From: Schmidtea polychroa
Lineage: Eukaryota
Assembly (NCBI GenBank): GCA_044892525.1
Contig: CM097885.1
Coordinates: 189,100,001-189,164,000 of the forward strand
Reading direction: 5' to 3'
Length of the DNA stretch: 64,000 nt
The notes beneath the pieces are model-generated. The model was not told where the DNA came from and made no database searches. It saw only the letters and a program-made list of their open reading frames with translations. Both the position numbers and the translations under genes were made by a program. How positions within the stretch are numbered: position 1 is the first letter of the stretch; each line of letters starts with the position of its first letter. This document shows positions 1 to 9,047 of this stretch, piece by piece.

Positions 1-3000
1 GTTAAATCTTTGCTTGTGATCTGAGGTTCTTTATAAATTTTTATATTTCTCGGTAACTTCTGAGCTTCCTCTGATTTGATTTTTGTTAATTTTCCCAATT
101 TGGTTTTGGGCTTTATTTCAACGGATCTTGCACTATAATTCGCTATTCTAACTGGTACTGACTTATTTTGGACTTTCACTACTTCATCACACATAGGCAC
201 ATCGTATTTTTCAACCAGCTTTTGATTTGGCTCAAATATGTACTCCTCATCTGAGATCCTCATAACATCTGCATAGTATATTACTTCGCTTTTTGGTGGT
301 ACTTGCAATGTTTGGTTTAGAAATACCTCTCCTACTTCAGGCACTACTTCACCCATTTGTCCTTTTATTAGTTTTCCAGTTCTCAGATCAAGAGAGATTC
401 CATGTAGTTGCTCCATGACATCCATGCCAATAAGACATTTTACAGGACTTTTTCTCATCACTGATACCCAATGAATTATTTCTTGATCTCCAATTATCAG
501 TTTAACTTCTAATTTTCCAACAATATTTAGTGCATTATGTGACATTGATTTAATAATGTGATTCGTTGGTTTTATTTTGGCTTTCTCCTGATACGTCAAG
601 AAACTTTCCGCTACTATAGTATGACTTGAGCCTGAGTCTAATAAAGCTTCCACTTTTCTCTTGTTAAACTGTATGTTTATTCGAGGTTGTTTTCCTCCTA
701 CTACTGTTGTCATTAGTGCATAGCTGCATGGTAGACCAAGCATATTCTTTCTTTCAATTTCAGCACTCGTTGGTTCAATCTTCTCTAATTCTATTGTGAT
801 ATTATCGACCGATTTCATCTCCTTTAGTTTTTCACTTGGATATACTGGTGCTGTTGGTCTAAATGTCGGGGTATACCATCTACTAAGAGTATCAATCCCG
901 CTTAATTTTGGCATTGGTTCAAGCAAGAACCTGGACTCTGGCTCTACTTTACTCTTTATTACACTTTTTCGAAAGCATTTATGCTCCGATTCCCCGTTGT
1001 TGTTATCATCATTATGATCGTCGTTTTTATCTTCCGACTGACACGTAGATTCCTCACTTTTCCGGCCATTTCTTAATTGTGCCCTTACTCTTGCCATTTC
1101 TTTAAATTGATGATCTGTAATAAAGAATCTAGCCAACAATGGAATACAACCAATAACTAATTTCCATGACCATCCCGATATTGCGTATATTCGATGTACT
1201 GACAACATTTGCGACACTACCACCTTTGCCGTTATCATAATCACGTAAATTCCAATTAAACCTGCACATGCTTGTCCCAAAAACATGAACTTGCCCCAAA
1301 TCTTTTCCATCGTTTTATATGTAGCTCGTTTGAAATGATCAGGTGTTAGCAAATTTTCGTAATTTACTGTTCCTTCTCCATTCGGTAATACTGTGTCAAT
1401 CATTTCTGAAATTATCCGTTCCTTTTTGGATGGAAACAACAAATTCCTTTGAGCTTCTTCGATATCTTCGCTTGCATACAAGCCCATTTGTGCCATTTTG
1501 TTTAGTGATGTGAAATTTATCAGGTATTCTAAATTTGTTAATTCTAGTTTGTCTGGAGTCTTGACCCCACGATAATCTGGTAAGGCTATCCATGAATCTG
1601 TAGCTAATCGGTATAAAGGGGCTAATAATCGATTGCATTGCAAAAGTTTTGGTTTAGTTTGTTCATCAAGCAAGATTCTAGTTATCGGTTCCATAAATCG
1701 TACCTTTCCCCCAAAGCTTACTGGTAATTCATTCGTACATTTTTCGTATTTGGCAATTTTCACTGTGACTTCTTTGCATTTGTAACTGTATAATGCTTCT
1801 CCAAATATTCTCGCAAACACTCCATTTTCTGATATTAGCATAGGTGCTACTAAATTTGGATTCGTAATTGCCATCGCCATCCGATTTCGGAGAATCTCTT
1901 TATTCAACTTACAATCGTTTAGAATCATTTCTCTATATACATTTTCCATGATGTTTTGACTAAAATGAAACAAATAATCAATTTTATTATTAAAATAATG
2001 AGTAAGTTTAATGTCATCTCTGTGAATTTTAATTTTTGCTTCTTCCACAACATTTCTAGACACGTAAACACCTTCATAATTTGTTACATATACCATTCGA
2101 CCACATTTATTTGTGATTTCCTTTTTTATAAATCGCATTCCATCTGCTGGTAACGTAGACATTAAAACTGTTCCCATTTGCTTTGTCCATACTGGGGTTG
2201 ATTTAATGGTATTATTTGGTCTATAATTCATATTGAAATTATCTGGTTTATCTCTAAACTGTTCTCCTACTAGCTCTTTAAAGTTCATAGTTTTTAAGTG
2301 CGCTAAATTACACTTATTTGTTTCTACATTATAAACAAGAATCGATTCCCCTGTTTGACAATGTGTTTGTTTCATATTACAGAATGGATGAGTTTGTAAT
2401 TTTCCCGTATCATCATCGAAAGCTCCTTCGAACTCTCTCAACTCCGTGAGATACTCTTCTAGCACCACTGTTTGCTGAATAATTTTACCGTTCATTTTAT
2501 ATGGTTCACCTTCACAGTCGCCATTTGCTTTCATAACTCCCTTTACAATTATTGTTTCTCGTATTCTATGGTTCAATTTTGCCTTTAAACGAATTTCTGG
2601 ACTTATTTTTAATTCCCCTGTTTGAAATGCTGCTAGACAGTTTTCTGGAAGCACCTCGACTGGCCTAGGTATCGCATGCATTTTTATGAGTGACGTATGG
2701 CTCCATTTACCACAATAGAATACAAATGTTGTATGTTTGACAATACACTCTCTCACTTGAGTTCTTCGCAGATCAGACTCTTGATACACATAATATTTTA
2801 CGTCATTTTCTATTTTTAAACTGCTCGGATACGCACCTGGGCATTCCGACATATCTACTACCGAATAAACTTTTCCCATTTCAGTTTGGGAACAATCGTA
2901 CGCAACTAAAGATGATGTCTGTGTAATTATTGCACAAAACGTAATCACCATAAACATCGCCCATGGAAATATCATAGTTTTTCTTAGTTCTGGCTTAACT

Positions 3001-4760
3001 CTTTCATTTACTCGTCTTTGGGGTGGACTCATTTCTTGCTTCTCATTTTTCTTTTCTGTTAGAGATGAACACAGTGTTTTCCAACCACCTTTTTCGTTTA
3101 CCCAGCTCATTAAATATTCGTTTACTAGCCGGGCAGCGATGTCTATCAAATTTTCTAACTTGTCTGACCTTGCGAACGTATGCGTTCCAATTTCTAAAAC
3201 AACATAAGTTAAAGCTATTATTATAACTTCCTTATTAATTTCATTTTTTGCCAAATTTTCAATTACTGATCTCTCGCAAAATGTATTCTCTTCGCCAAAT
3301 TTCTGCATCACTTCAGGAAGCCTATTCTTCATCTCTTTAACTATTTCTTTCAGTTCATCATCTACCTCTACTTCTATGTCGAACATTGGATATACTGCTT
3401 TAACGAGATGTTTCAACATTTTCTTAGTTTCGTCGACGTCCTGTTCTAGCCTCACTAAATATTTCTTTATTTCATATAAAGTTCTAACTTCCTTATTTTT
3501 GATTTCACCATTTATTTCGCCTTCAGGTACAAGTGGCTCTCCTTGTACGTCTGGTTCTGTGGACTGATCTTTGTTATCAGGATCTTTTTGCTCATTATCA
3601 CTAACGATTTCATCAATTTCTTTATTTCCCTTAACTGTTTCCTCTTGTTCCTCTGTGTCAGGCTTGTTAGACTCAATATTTACTTCTAAACTCACTCCTT
3701 TTACTACGACTATATGGTTCACTAAATATCCCACTCGTCTGTCTCGGATCAAATATCCGTTTTCATCCAGCTCTTGTGGTACACACCCACAATCATATAG
3801 GTATTCATCATCGTCAAGTTCTTCACCTTTGTACATTACTATAATAATTCCATCTTTTCCCAGCGTTTCAGCCGCTCTCTTCCGCAATTTTCGGACCTTT
3901 GCACACCAATGCTCGTCTACATATTCCGTTTTGCCATATCCCTCATAATCTAATGCTATCAAAAATGGCTTTAACTCTACTCTTGCCTTTCTGAGCTCCT
4001 TGCCCAATCTTTGCAATAAACTTCTTAATAACTTGGCATATCTGGTTTTCACATGTAAATATGGTCGTATTGCATTCACTATTTTTAGTTTATCGTTTTC
4101 CTCCATTTCTAATTTCTCAATAATCTGTAACTTCTCATTGATTTCATCTTCATCTCCAATATATAACGCATCATTTAATTCCTCTAATATCTCCCTTGAA
4201 TTCCTTTTGTCTATTATTTTACTACTCATTATTTCATCACTAGTAATTACATTTTCCATTTTTAATTCATTTGTACTCCCTGGTATAAATCCACAATCTA
4301 CCAAAAATTCGTCATTTTCTAACAATCTCTCATTAAATCTCAACTCTATCATGCATCCTTCCTTTTTTTCTTTTAATTTATTCTTTAAATCATTTACACA
4401 ATCATTTGCCTCACAACGACAACATAATACACTTTTATCAATCTCATTTACTACTTCCACAAAGATGGAATCTAACCCTGTTTTCTCTCTCAAAGCTTTT
4501 CCAAATATTTTCATTAATTCTTTAATTTCTTCTTTATACTTTGGATTCATATTATAGTAGTTAACGCACAAGCTAATTACACTTTTTATCTTTCTCGTAT
4601 TCAAAGATATTTGACTTAATTCTCTCAACGATTTGATCACTTTAGCCGACTCTATTTCATTATTTCCAATTAGTTTTTCGATTCTGGTCATTATCATTGT
4701 TGCTTTTTCACTTTCTAAATCATCTTTTATAACTCTCCTTTTCGACTCTTTTTCATTCAT
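1..4760 (-). CDS. Partial polyprotein (>=1586 aa, no stop before the window edge): Ubl x2, Bcl-2-like domain, signal/anchor, chuvirus-like glycoprotein with TM, aspartic protease, post-protease dUTPase-fold-like spacer
   Basis: Hand translation of every 60-nt line from ATG 4760 to base 3 shows no in-frame stop. Begins MNEKESKRRVIKDDLE. EYLMSWVNEKGGW (W553/W560); MIFPWAMFMVITFCAIITQTSSLVAYDC (aa596-623); FYCGKWSH; CTNELPV...FMEPITRIL; WGKFMFLGQACAGLIGIYVIMI (aa~1155); KVEALLDSGSSHTIV (D1375, nt 636-638); CLIGMD; VPPKSEV...VPVRIANYS...KTKLG. Absent from the ORF track because it lacks a stop codon. Confidence 0.92.
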   Translation of the reverse strand, partial: MNEKESKRRVIKDDLESEKATMIMTRIEKLIGNNEIESAKVIKSLRELSQISLNTRKIKSVISLCVNYYNMNPKYKEEIKELMKIFGKALREKTGLDSIFVEVVNEIDKSVLCCRCEANDCVNDLKNKLKEKKEGCMIELRFNERLLENDEFLVDCGFIPGSTNELKMENVITSDEIMSSKIIDKRNSREILEELNDALYIGDEDEINEKLQIIEKLEMEENDKLKIVNAIRPYLHVKTRYAKLLRSLLQRLGKELRKARVELKPFLIALDYEGYGKTEYVDEHWCAKVRKLRKRAAETLGKDGIIIVMYKGEELDDDEYLYDCGCVPQELDENGYLIRDRRVGYLVNHIVVVKGVSLEVNIESNKPDTEEQEETVKGNKEIDEIVSDNEQKDPDNKDQSTEPDVQGEPLVPEGEINGEIKNKEVRTLYEIKKYLVRLEQDVDETKKMLKHLVKAVYPMFDIEVEVDDELKEIVKEMKNRLPEVMQKFGEENTFCERSVIENLAKNEINKEVIIIALTYVVLEIGTHTFARSDKLENLIDIAARLVNEYLMSWVNEKGGWKTLCSSLTEKKNEKQEMSPPQRRVNERVKPELRKTMIFPWAMFMVITFCAIITQTSSLVAYDCSQTEMGKVYSVVDMSECPGAYPSSLKIENDVKYYVYQESDLRRTQVRECIVKHTTFVFYCGKWSHTSLIKMHAIPRPVEVLPENCLAAFQTGELKISPEIRLKAKLNHRIRETIIVKGVMKANGDCEGEPYKMNGKIIQQTVVLEEYLTELREFEGAFDDDTGKLQTHPFCNMKQTHCQTGESILVYNVETNKCNLAHLKTMNFKELVGEQFRDKPDNFNMNYRPNNTIKSTPVWTKQMGTVLMSTLPADGMRFIKKEITNKCGRMVYVTNYEGVYVSRNVVEEAKIKIHRDDIKLTHYFNNKIDYLFHFSQNIMENVYREMILNDCKLNKEILRNRMAMAITNPNLVAPMLISENGVFARIFGEALYSYKCKEVTVKIAKYEKCTNELPVSFGGKVRFMEPITRILLDEQTKPKLLQCNRLLAPLYRLATDSWIALPDYRGVKTPDKLELTNLEYLINFTSLNKMAQMGLYASEDIEEAQRNLLFPSKKERIISEMIDTVLPNGEGTVNYENLLTPDHFKRATYKTMEKIWGKFMFLGQACAGLIGIYVIMITAKVVVSQMLSVHRIYAISGWSWKLVIGCIPLLARFFITDHQFKEMARVRAQLRNGRKSEESTCQSEDKNDDHNDDNNNGESEHKCFRKSVIKSKVEPESRFLLEPMPKLSGIDTLSRWYTPTFRPTAPVYPSEKLKEMKSVDNITIELEKIEPTSAEIERKNMLGLPCSYALMTTVVGGKQPRINIQFNKRKVEALLDSGSSHTIVAESFLTYQEKAKIKPTNHIIKSMSHNALNIVGKLEVKLIIGDQEIIHWVSVMRKSPVKCLIGMDVMEQLHGISLDLRTGKLIKGQMGEVVPEVGEVFLNQTLQVPPKSEVIYYADVMRISDEEYIFEPNQKLVEKYDVPMCDEVVKVQNKSVPVRIANYSARSVEIKPKTKLGKLTKIKSEEAQKLPRNIKIYKEPQITSKDL
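1110..2975 (-). other. env: Chuvirus/Jingchuvirales-type (class III fusion) envelope glycoprotein domain within the polyprotein
   Basis: Hydrophobic leader then AYDC; VRECIVKHTTFVFYCGKWSH; GDCEGEPY; DCKLNKEILRNRMAMAITNP; GVFARIFGEALYSYKC; KCTNELPV; MEPITRIL; QCNRLLAPLY; GLYASEDI...LLFP; TM plus SGWSWKL tail. By recall this Cys/motif series matches chuviral G and retroelement-captured copies. Confidence 0.85.
3050..3430 (-). other. Bcl-2-like helical domain within the polyprotein
   Basis: SVIENLAKNEINKEVIIIALTY...LENLIDIAARLVNEYLMSWVNEKGGWKTLC aligns by eye to Bcl-2 BH1-BH2 ([22 protein letters not shown]...[21 protein letters not shown]). WxxxxGGW is present; the NWGR motif is absent. Confidence 0.65.
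3690..4466 (-). other. Two ubiquitin-like (beta-grasp) domains within the polyprotein (~4250-4466 and ~3690-3965)
   Basis: IFVEVVNEIDKSVLCCRCEANDCVNDLKNKLKEKKEGCMIELRFNERLLENDEFLVDCGFIPGSTNELKM and ...KVRKLRKRAAETLGKDGIIIVMYKGEELDDDEYLYDCGC follow the ubiquitin pattern IFV...TIENVKAKIQDKEG...[28 protein letters not shown]. Confidence 0.6.
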
Positions 4761-6181
4761 TCCTCTTGCGACTCATACATCATGTGATTATTGTAGTCCT
4801 CTTCTGATTCAAACTTTGACATCAATCGATCCAAACGTCGACCCATTTCTCTCACTTCGCTTTCAATTCTTTCATTAAAATTATCTGGCTGAATAAAAGC
4901 TACATTATCCATCTGCGGTTTGTCACTCTGAAACCTAATCGATTTCTTTAATATGGGCCTTTGGAATTTATCCATATTTCTTGGACATGATCTAGCCATG
5001 TGTCCATAACTTCTGCATGAATGACATTGAATTTGTCCTTGTAGATTTACTTTATCTCTCTGCGGTGATGGTGATGTTGATCTTGATCTTGACCTGGCAA
5101 AACAATTTCGTGACACATGCCATTTTCTTCCGCAATTAAAGCATTGTAAGTTATCATTAGTTCTCTGCTCATTAATGTTCGCTTTAGTGAAACTTTTCGC
5201 ACCATTTCCTTTTAACCAATCAGGCCACATTTGCCTTGGACTCCGTTGTACATTATTTTTGGACCAGCATTGATTGCTGTCATGTCCCATTCTTTGGCAA
5301 TTATCACACTGAATCGGAATTGGGCTTCTCTGTATTCTATTTTTAAACCAGCATTGGTTAACATGGTGTCCAATCCTTTGGCAATGACTACATTGGATGG
5401 GACCTTCCTTTCCATCTATTTGAATATCTGTTGACTTGTTCGACTCAAATTTGGATCTAAATTTTGGTGATGGACTACTTGTTTGTTGAAAACGATTGTT
5501 TCTAATTGGGGTTACTGATCTTTCGCTTGCGCCTGAGATGACTGCAAACGACTCTGATTTTGACTGTGTGCTTTTTAAATTTAGCTCAATTTTCATTGCC
5601 TTTTTGATCAATTCATCAAAGTCATTAAAATCAACATAGCATAAAGCCTTTTTAATTTCTTTCTTTACTCCTGACAAGAATTGATCCTGCAATAATTCTT
5701 TTAACTGCTTTGCCATCTCGGCCTGTTCTGGTTTCACTTCGAACGCTTTCTTTGCAAGAGTTGATAAATGATAAGCAAACTCACTTACCGATTCCTCTGG
5801 CTTTTGTACGCGGTTATAGAATTTCTGTCGCATTATCCGTTTGATATCCCCTCCGATTAATTTCGTGGCTAAAGCGTCTTTCAATTTGGTCCAGTCATTT
5901 GCTACTATTCTTTTATCAATTTGTTGCCACGCTTCTCTGGCTGCTCCTTTTAGGTATAGCGGTAATCCTTGCACCATTATCGATTGGCTCCATCCATAGG
6001 CCGTCGCATACATATAGTAATCTGCCATAAAATCGACAAATTCCAGCGGATCTCCACCGTACTGATCCACAGGTAGTTTTTGACAACTCGCATAATCATT
6101 GCCTTCCTTGCCGTTGCCCACCGTGGACACAGGTGTTTCATCATTGTTATTTGTATTATTGGTTAGTCTTTGGGTACTCAT
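4757..6181 (-). CDS. gag: Gag (capsid plus four CCHC zinc knuckles), ~474 aa from ATG 6181 (track ORF starts at 6259 on a non-ATG codon)
   Basis: LPLYLKGAAREAW, RVQKPEESVSEFAYHL, QDQFLSG; knuckles CSHCQRIGHHVNQC, CDNCQRMGHDSNQC, CFNCGRKWHVSRNC, CHSCRSYGHMARSC; stop TGA at 4759-4757. Confidence 0.93.
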   Translation of the reverse strand: MSTQRLTNNTNNNDETPVSTVGNGKEGNDYASCQKLPVDQYGGDPLEFVDFMADYYMYATAYGWSQSIMVQGLPLYLKGAAREAWQQIDKRIVANDWTKLKDALATKLIGGDIKRIMRQKFYNRVQKPEESVSEFAYHLSTLAKKAFEVKPEQAEMAKQLKELLQDQFLSGVKKEIKKALCYVDFNDFDELIKKAMKIELNLKSTQSKSESFAVISGASERSVTPIRNNRFQQTSSPSPKFRSKFESNKSTDIQIDGKEGPIQCSHCQRIGHHVNQCWFKNRIQRSPIPIQCDNCQRMGHDSNQCWSKNNVQRSPRQMWPDWLKGNGAKSFTKANINEQRTNDNLQCFNCGRKWHVSRNCFARSRSRSTSPSPQRDKVNLQGQIQCHSCRSYGHMARSCPRNMDKFQRPILKKSIRFQSDKPQMDNVAFIQPDNFNERIESEVREMGRRLDRLMSKFESEEDYNNHMMYESQEE

Positions 6182-6553
6182 TAAATTCTCTATTAGTGTT
6201 TGGCTTCTCAATTTATAAAATGATCGGGTCAACACAGGCTTTACTCGTCTAAAATTCAAAGTGTTACAATTACAAAATTTACCTTTCGTTTTAATTTTGA
6301 CTTTTCAACAATCAATCGTTACAAATTTTTCCACTTTGCTTCAATTATAAAGTCACCACTTTAATAATTCTCGAATAATGTTCACCACTTTCAAATAAAC
6401 GTTTCACTTCAATATTTATTTATTTAATTATTATTATCTTTTTCCAAATTTTTTTCGATACTTTACAAATCTCAACAAATTTTCACCGACCTTTTTATTC
6501 CTCGGTATCACTCAAATATTATCACAATTTCAACAAGTCTTCACCGACTTTTG

Positions 6554-6571
6554 ATCACGTCGGGCTCACCA
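6554..6571 (-). promoter_or_regulatory. Primer-binding site, tRNA-Trp type
   Basis: Minus strand TGGTGAGCCCGACGTGAT, 4 nt after the LTR end (...CCCAACA-TATT); 17/18 identical to the classical tRNA-Trp PBS TGGTGACCCCGACGTGAT. Confidence 0.85.
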
Positions 6572-6575
6572 AATA

Positions 6576-7485
6576 TGTTGGGTTTTTAATGCAAGTCGGT
6601 ACTACGGTCTGACTCCTTTGTGTTCTTTTCCAAATAAATAAATAAATAAATAACCCAACACAAAATCTTTATTGACACTGATGCAGTTACACTTTTACAC
6701 TTGTATTAGTTCACTCACACTTGATACAATCAGGTTTTGTCTGCACTTTTCAATTTGCCAACAAATCTCACGCAGGGGTAGATCTTCCAACGGGAGATAT
6801 CCCTTTCTGGTACGTTCGATCTTTTTAAATGGTTTAATTTCTACTAACTTTAATATTTCCTTTTTCGCTCTCGTCAAACTTCTATTTTCTTTTCTTCGAC
6901 CAACTGGCATTTTGTTTTCTTGCCAGTTGCTTTTATACTCGCTTGGTAATTGACTTTATTTTTGCCAATTATTTTTGGTTTTATTTCCCCCCGGGCTTCC
7001 TCTTGGAGGTCTAATTTAATTGAAGGGAATTTGTTCATTTTCTTTGACGGCGCTTATTACTTTTTATCAGGCTAAATTAATTGCCTTCCCAAAATTGGAT
7101 TTCTCCGGCTAAATTAATTGCCTTCCCGAAATTGGATTTCTCAATTCGCTCGGGTTTTCCATTGTATCGGGTTTCCCATTAGCTCGGGTTCTCCATTAGC
7201 TCGGGTTTCCCATTAGCTCGGGTTTTCCATTAGTTAATTAATTTTTAATTAATTTTTGTTTTTTGTAATTTATTCCTTTTAGGGACCCCCCATTGATTTT
7301 ATTTTATTATAGCTGAACTCGTCTCATTATTTAGCATCCGCCCATACCAGTTTCCCCCAGAAAATATTCATTTTTTAAAATTTTTGATTTTTAATTAATA
7401 TTTTGTACTTTAAGTTTTTATTTTGAATTTGGTGTTTTTGTCAATTTTCACCTCATTTTTGTGCCTCTCTTGTTGAACCCCAACA
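6576..7485 (-). repeat. 5' LTR (~910 bp) of the env-bearing Gypsy element
   Basis: 7-bp inverted termini TGTTGGG/CCCAACA; adjacent PBS; internal short tandem repeats (two ~37-bp units, about five 17-bp CTCGGGTTTCCCATTAG units); colinear homology with the solo LTR at 19769-20607. Confidence 0.88.
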
Positions 7486-7559
7486 ATTTTTTTGGAGAGG
7501 CAGTGTGGTTTTGGCGCCCTTTCTCTACAATTATTTTTGATGTTGAGTAAATAGAAACA

Positions 7560-9047
7560 AAGTAGTTTATGATTTTGAATATTTATTAATTAACAAAGTT
7601 TAACTTTTCGAGCTTTCACTCCTTTCGCATATTGTCCAGATCTAAACTTTCAGCCTTTTCATTTTCGATAGAAAGGATTGCAAGATCATTTAAACGATCC
7701 TGGCTCATTGGCGATCTCAAAAAGGTTTTTATAAATTTCAATTTTGAGAAGTATCGTTCTCCTGATGCCACAGTGAAAGGAATTGTAAGCAGTATTCGAA
7801 GCTCCACATCAACATCAACGAGGTGGTAAAGTGAGTGTATCTCCATTAAAATTTCAGACGAAGAAATATTTTGCTCATCTTCATCGCTTAAAGCCTTCTC
7901 AAAATCATTTTAATTCTATTTGATCTATCATTCTTGCGCCGTGGATATTGTAAAGAAACTTGAATGGTCGAATTGTGACATAGAATGTTTCAAAACACTC
8001 TTCTAGTGCAATTAAGCTTGCCTTCACTTCAACATCTTAAAACTTCTGCTTGAAGAGTAATATTGGAATTAATTTCTCCTTACTCGAGCTATTGTCTTCG
8101 TTGAAAAAGCGTTTTGTTTGCGGCATCGATTCGATGAAGTGTTTTTACCAACTTCTCAAAATTAGCGGCAGTTCCATAGTCTTCGAAGAATTTTATTGTC
8201 TGAATAAATTCTTTGGCCGTCATGAATATGACTCTCCCAACGCGTATTACTCATAGGCTTCAGCGTTAGAGTGGGACACTTATTCTTTAGAGTTTCTCAT
8301 CGCTTTATATATGAAAGGAATAAGTTTAATACATTTAATAGAGTGTCGAAAAAGTGAGCAAACTCGATTGAAGATTTTACAATATCGACTACAAACATGT
8401 TCAGCATATGCGAAGCGCATGCTTATAAAACGCTGTTTATTTTTTTCGAGTAGTCTTCACTGCGCGCCTTGATTTTCCCCTTCATATTACTGTCATCATT
8501 GTATACTTGACCGCGCATATTAGAGTTACTGAGGCCCAGCTCGTCGAAAGATAATTCTATTTCTTTTGTTAATCCTTTTCGAGTAGAATCCTGAGTATTG
8601 ACGAATTTCATGAACCTTGCACTAATTTTAATTTTATTTTGATATATTTCAGTTTTCTCAACCGCAACAACATAACATGACAAACGACATCTGCTCCTTG
8701 TAGCTCTCGTCAGGGGTACAATTAACTATTATCGAAAAATACTTTGTTGCTCTTATCTTAGTAAGTAATTGATTTCTTCAGCAGATTCTCAAAGCAACCC
8801 AATCAATTCATTTTAAGTGTTTTTAACCAAATAATGATTATGAGTTTCTGTACTTTTTTTAAAGGGTTGGAAGATTTTCAAAATGTTTCCATTATTCCTT
8901 GTGAAAATCTTGTCATTCCTTCCTCGAAATACCATATTTACCGATGTTATCATCAGCACAATCGATATCAATCATTTTAGAGCTTCATTACAAAATAAAA
9001 CCTACAACTTCAGCTTCTTAACTTCGCGCGGCTTTGGGCCGGCCTTG
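7560..9047 (-). mobile_element. Decayed hAT transposon fragment (ZMYM1-like transposase)
   Basis: LRILLTIPFTVASGERYFSKLKFIKTFLRSPMSQDRLNDLAILSIE (hAT dimerization domain); MRGQVYNDDSNMKGK; hAT-like terminus CAAGGCCGGCCC near 9047; many stops. Confidence 0.8.

Larger units (their letters stand above)
1..7485 (-). mobile_element. Ty3/Gypsy-type LTR retrotransposon carrying env inside the pol ORF (5' LTR, PBS, gag, Ubl-Ubl-Bcl2-like-Env-PR polyprotein); 3' part lies outside the window
   Basis: LTR 6576-7485 with TGTTGGG...CCCAACA termini; tRNA-Trp-type PBS 6554-6571; gag with retrotransposon capsid-like region and 4 CCHC knuckles; uninterrupted second ORF containing a retropepsin DSG motif. Confidence 0.93.

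Noticed and set aside
796-4557. Plus-strand ORFs 796-1017, 1956-2153, 3023-3226, 3376-3567, 3571-3948, 4000-4557
   Set aside because: Antisense shadows (S/F/L/I-rich) of the long minus-strand polyprotein
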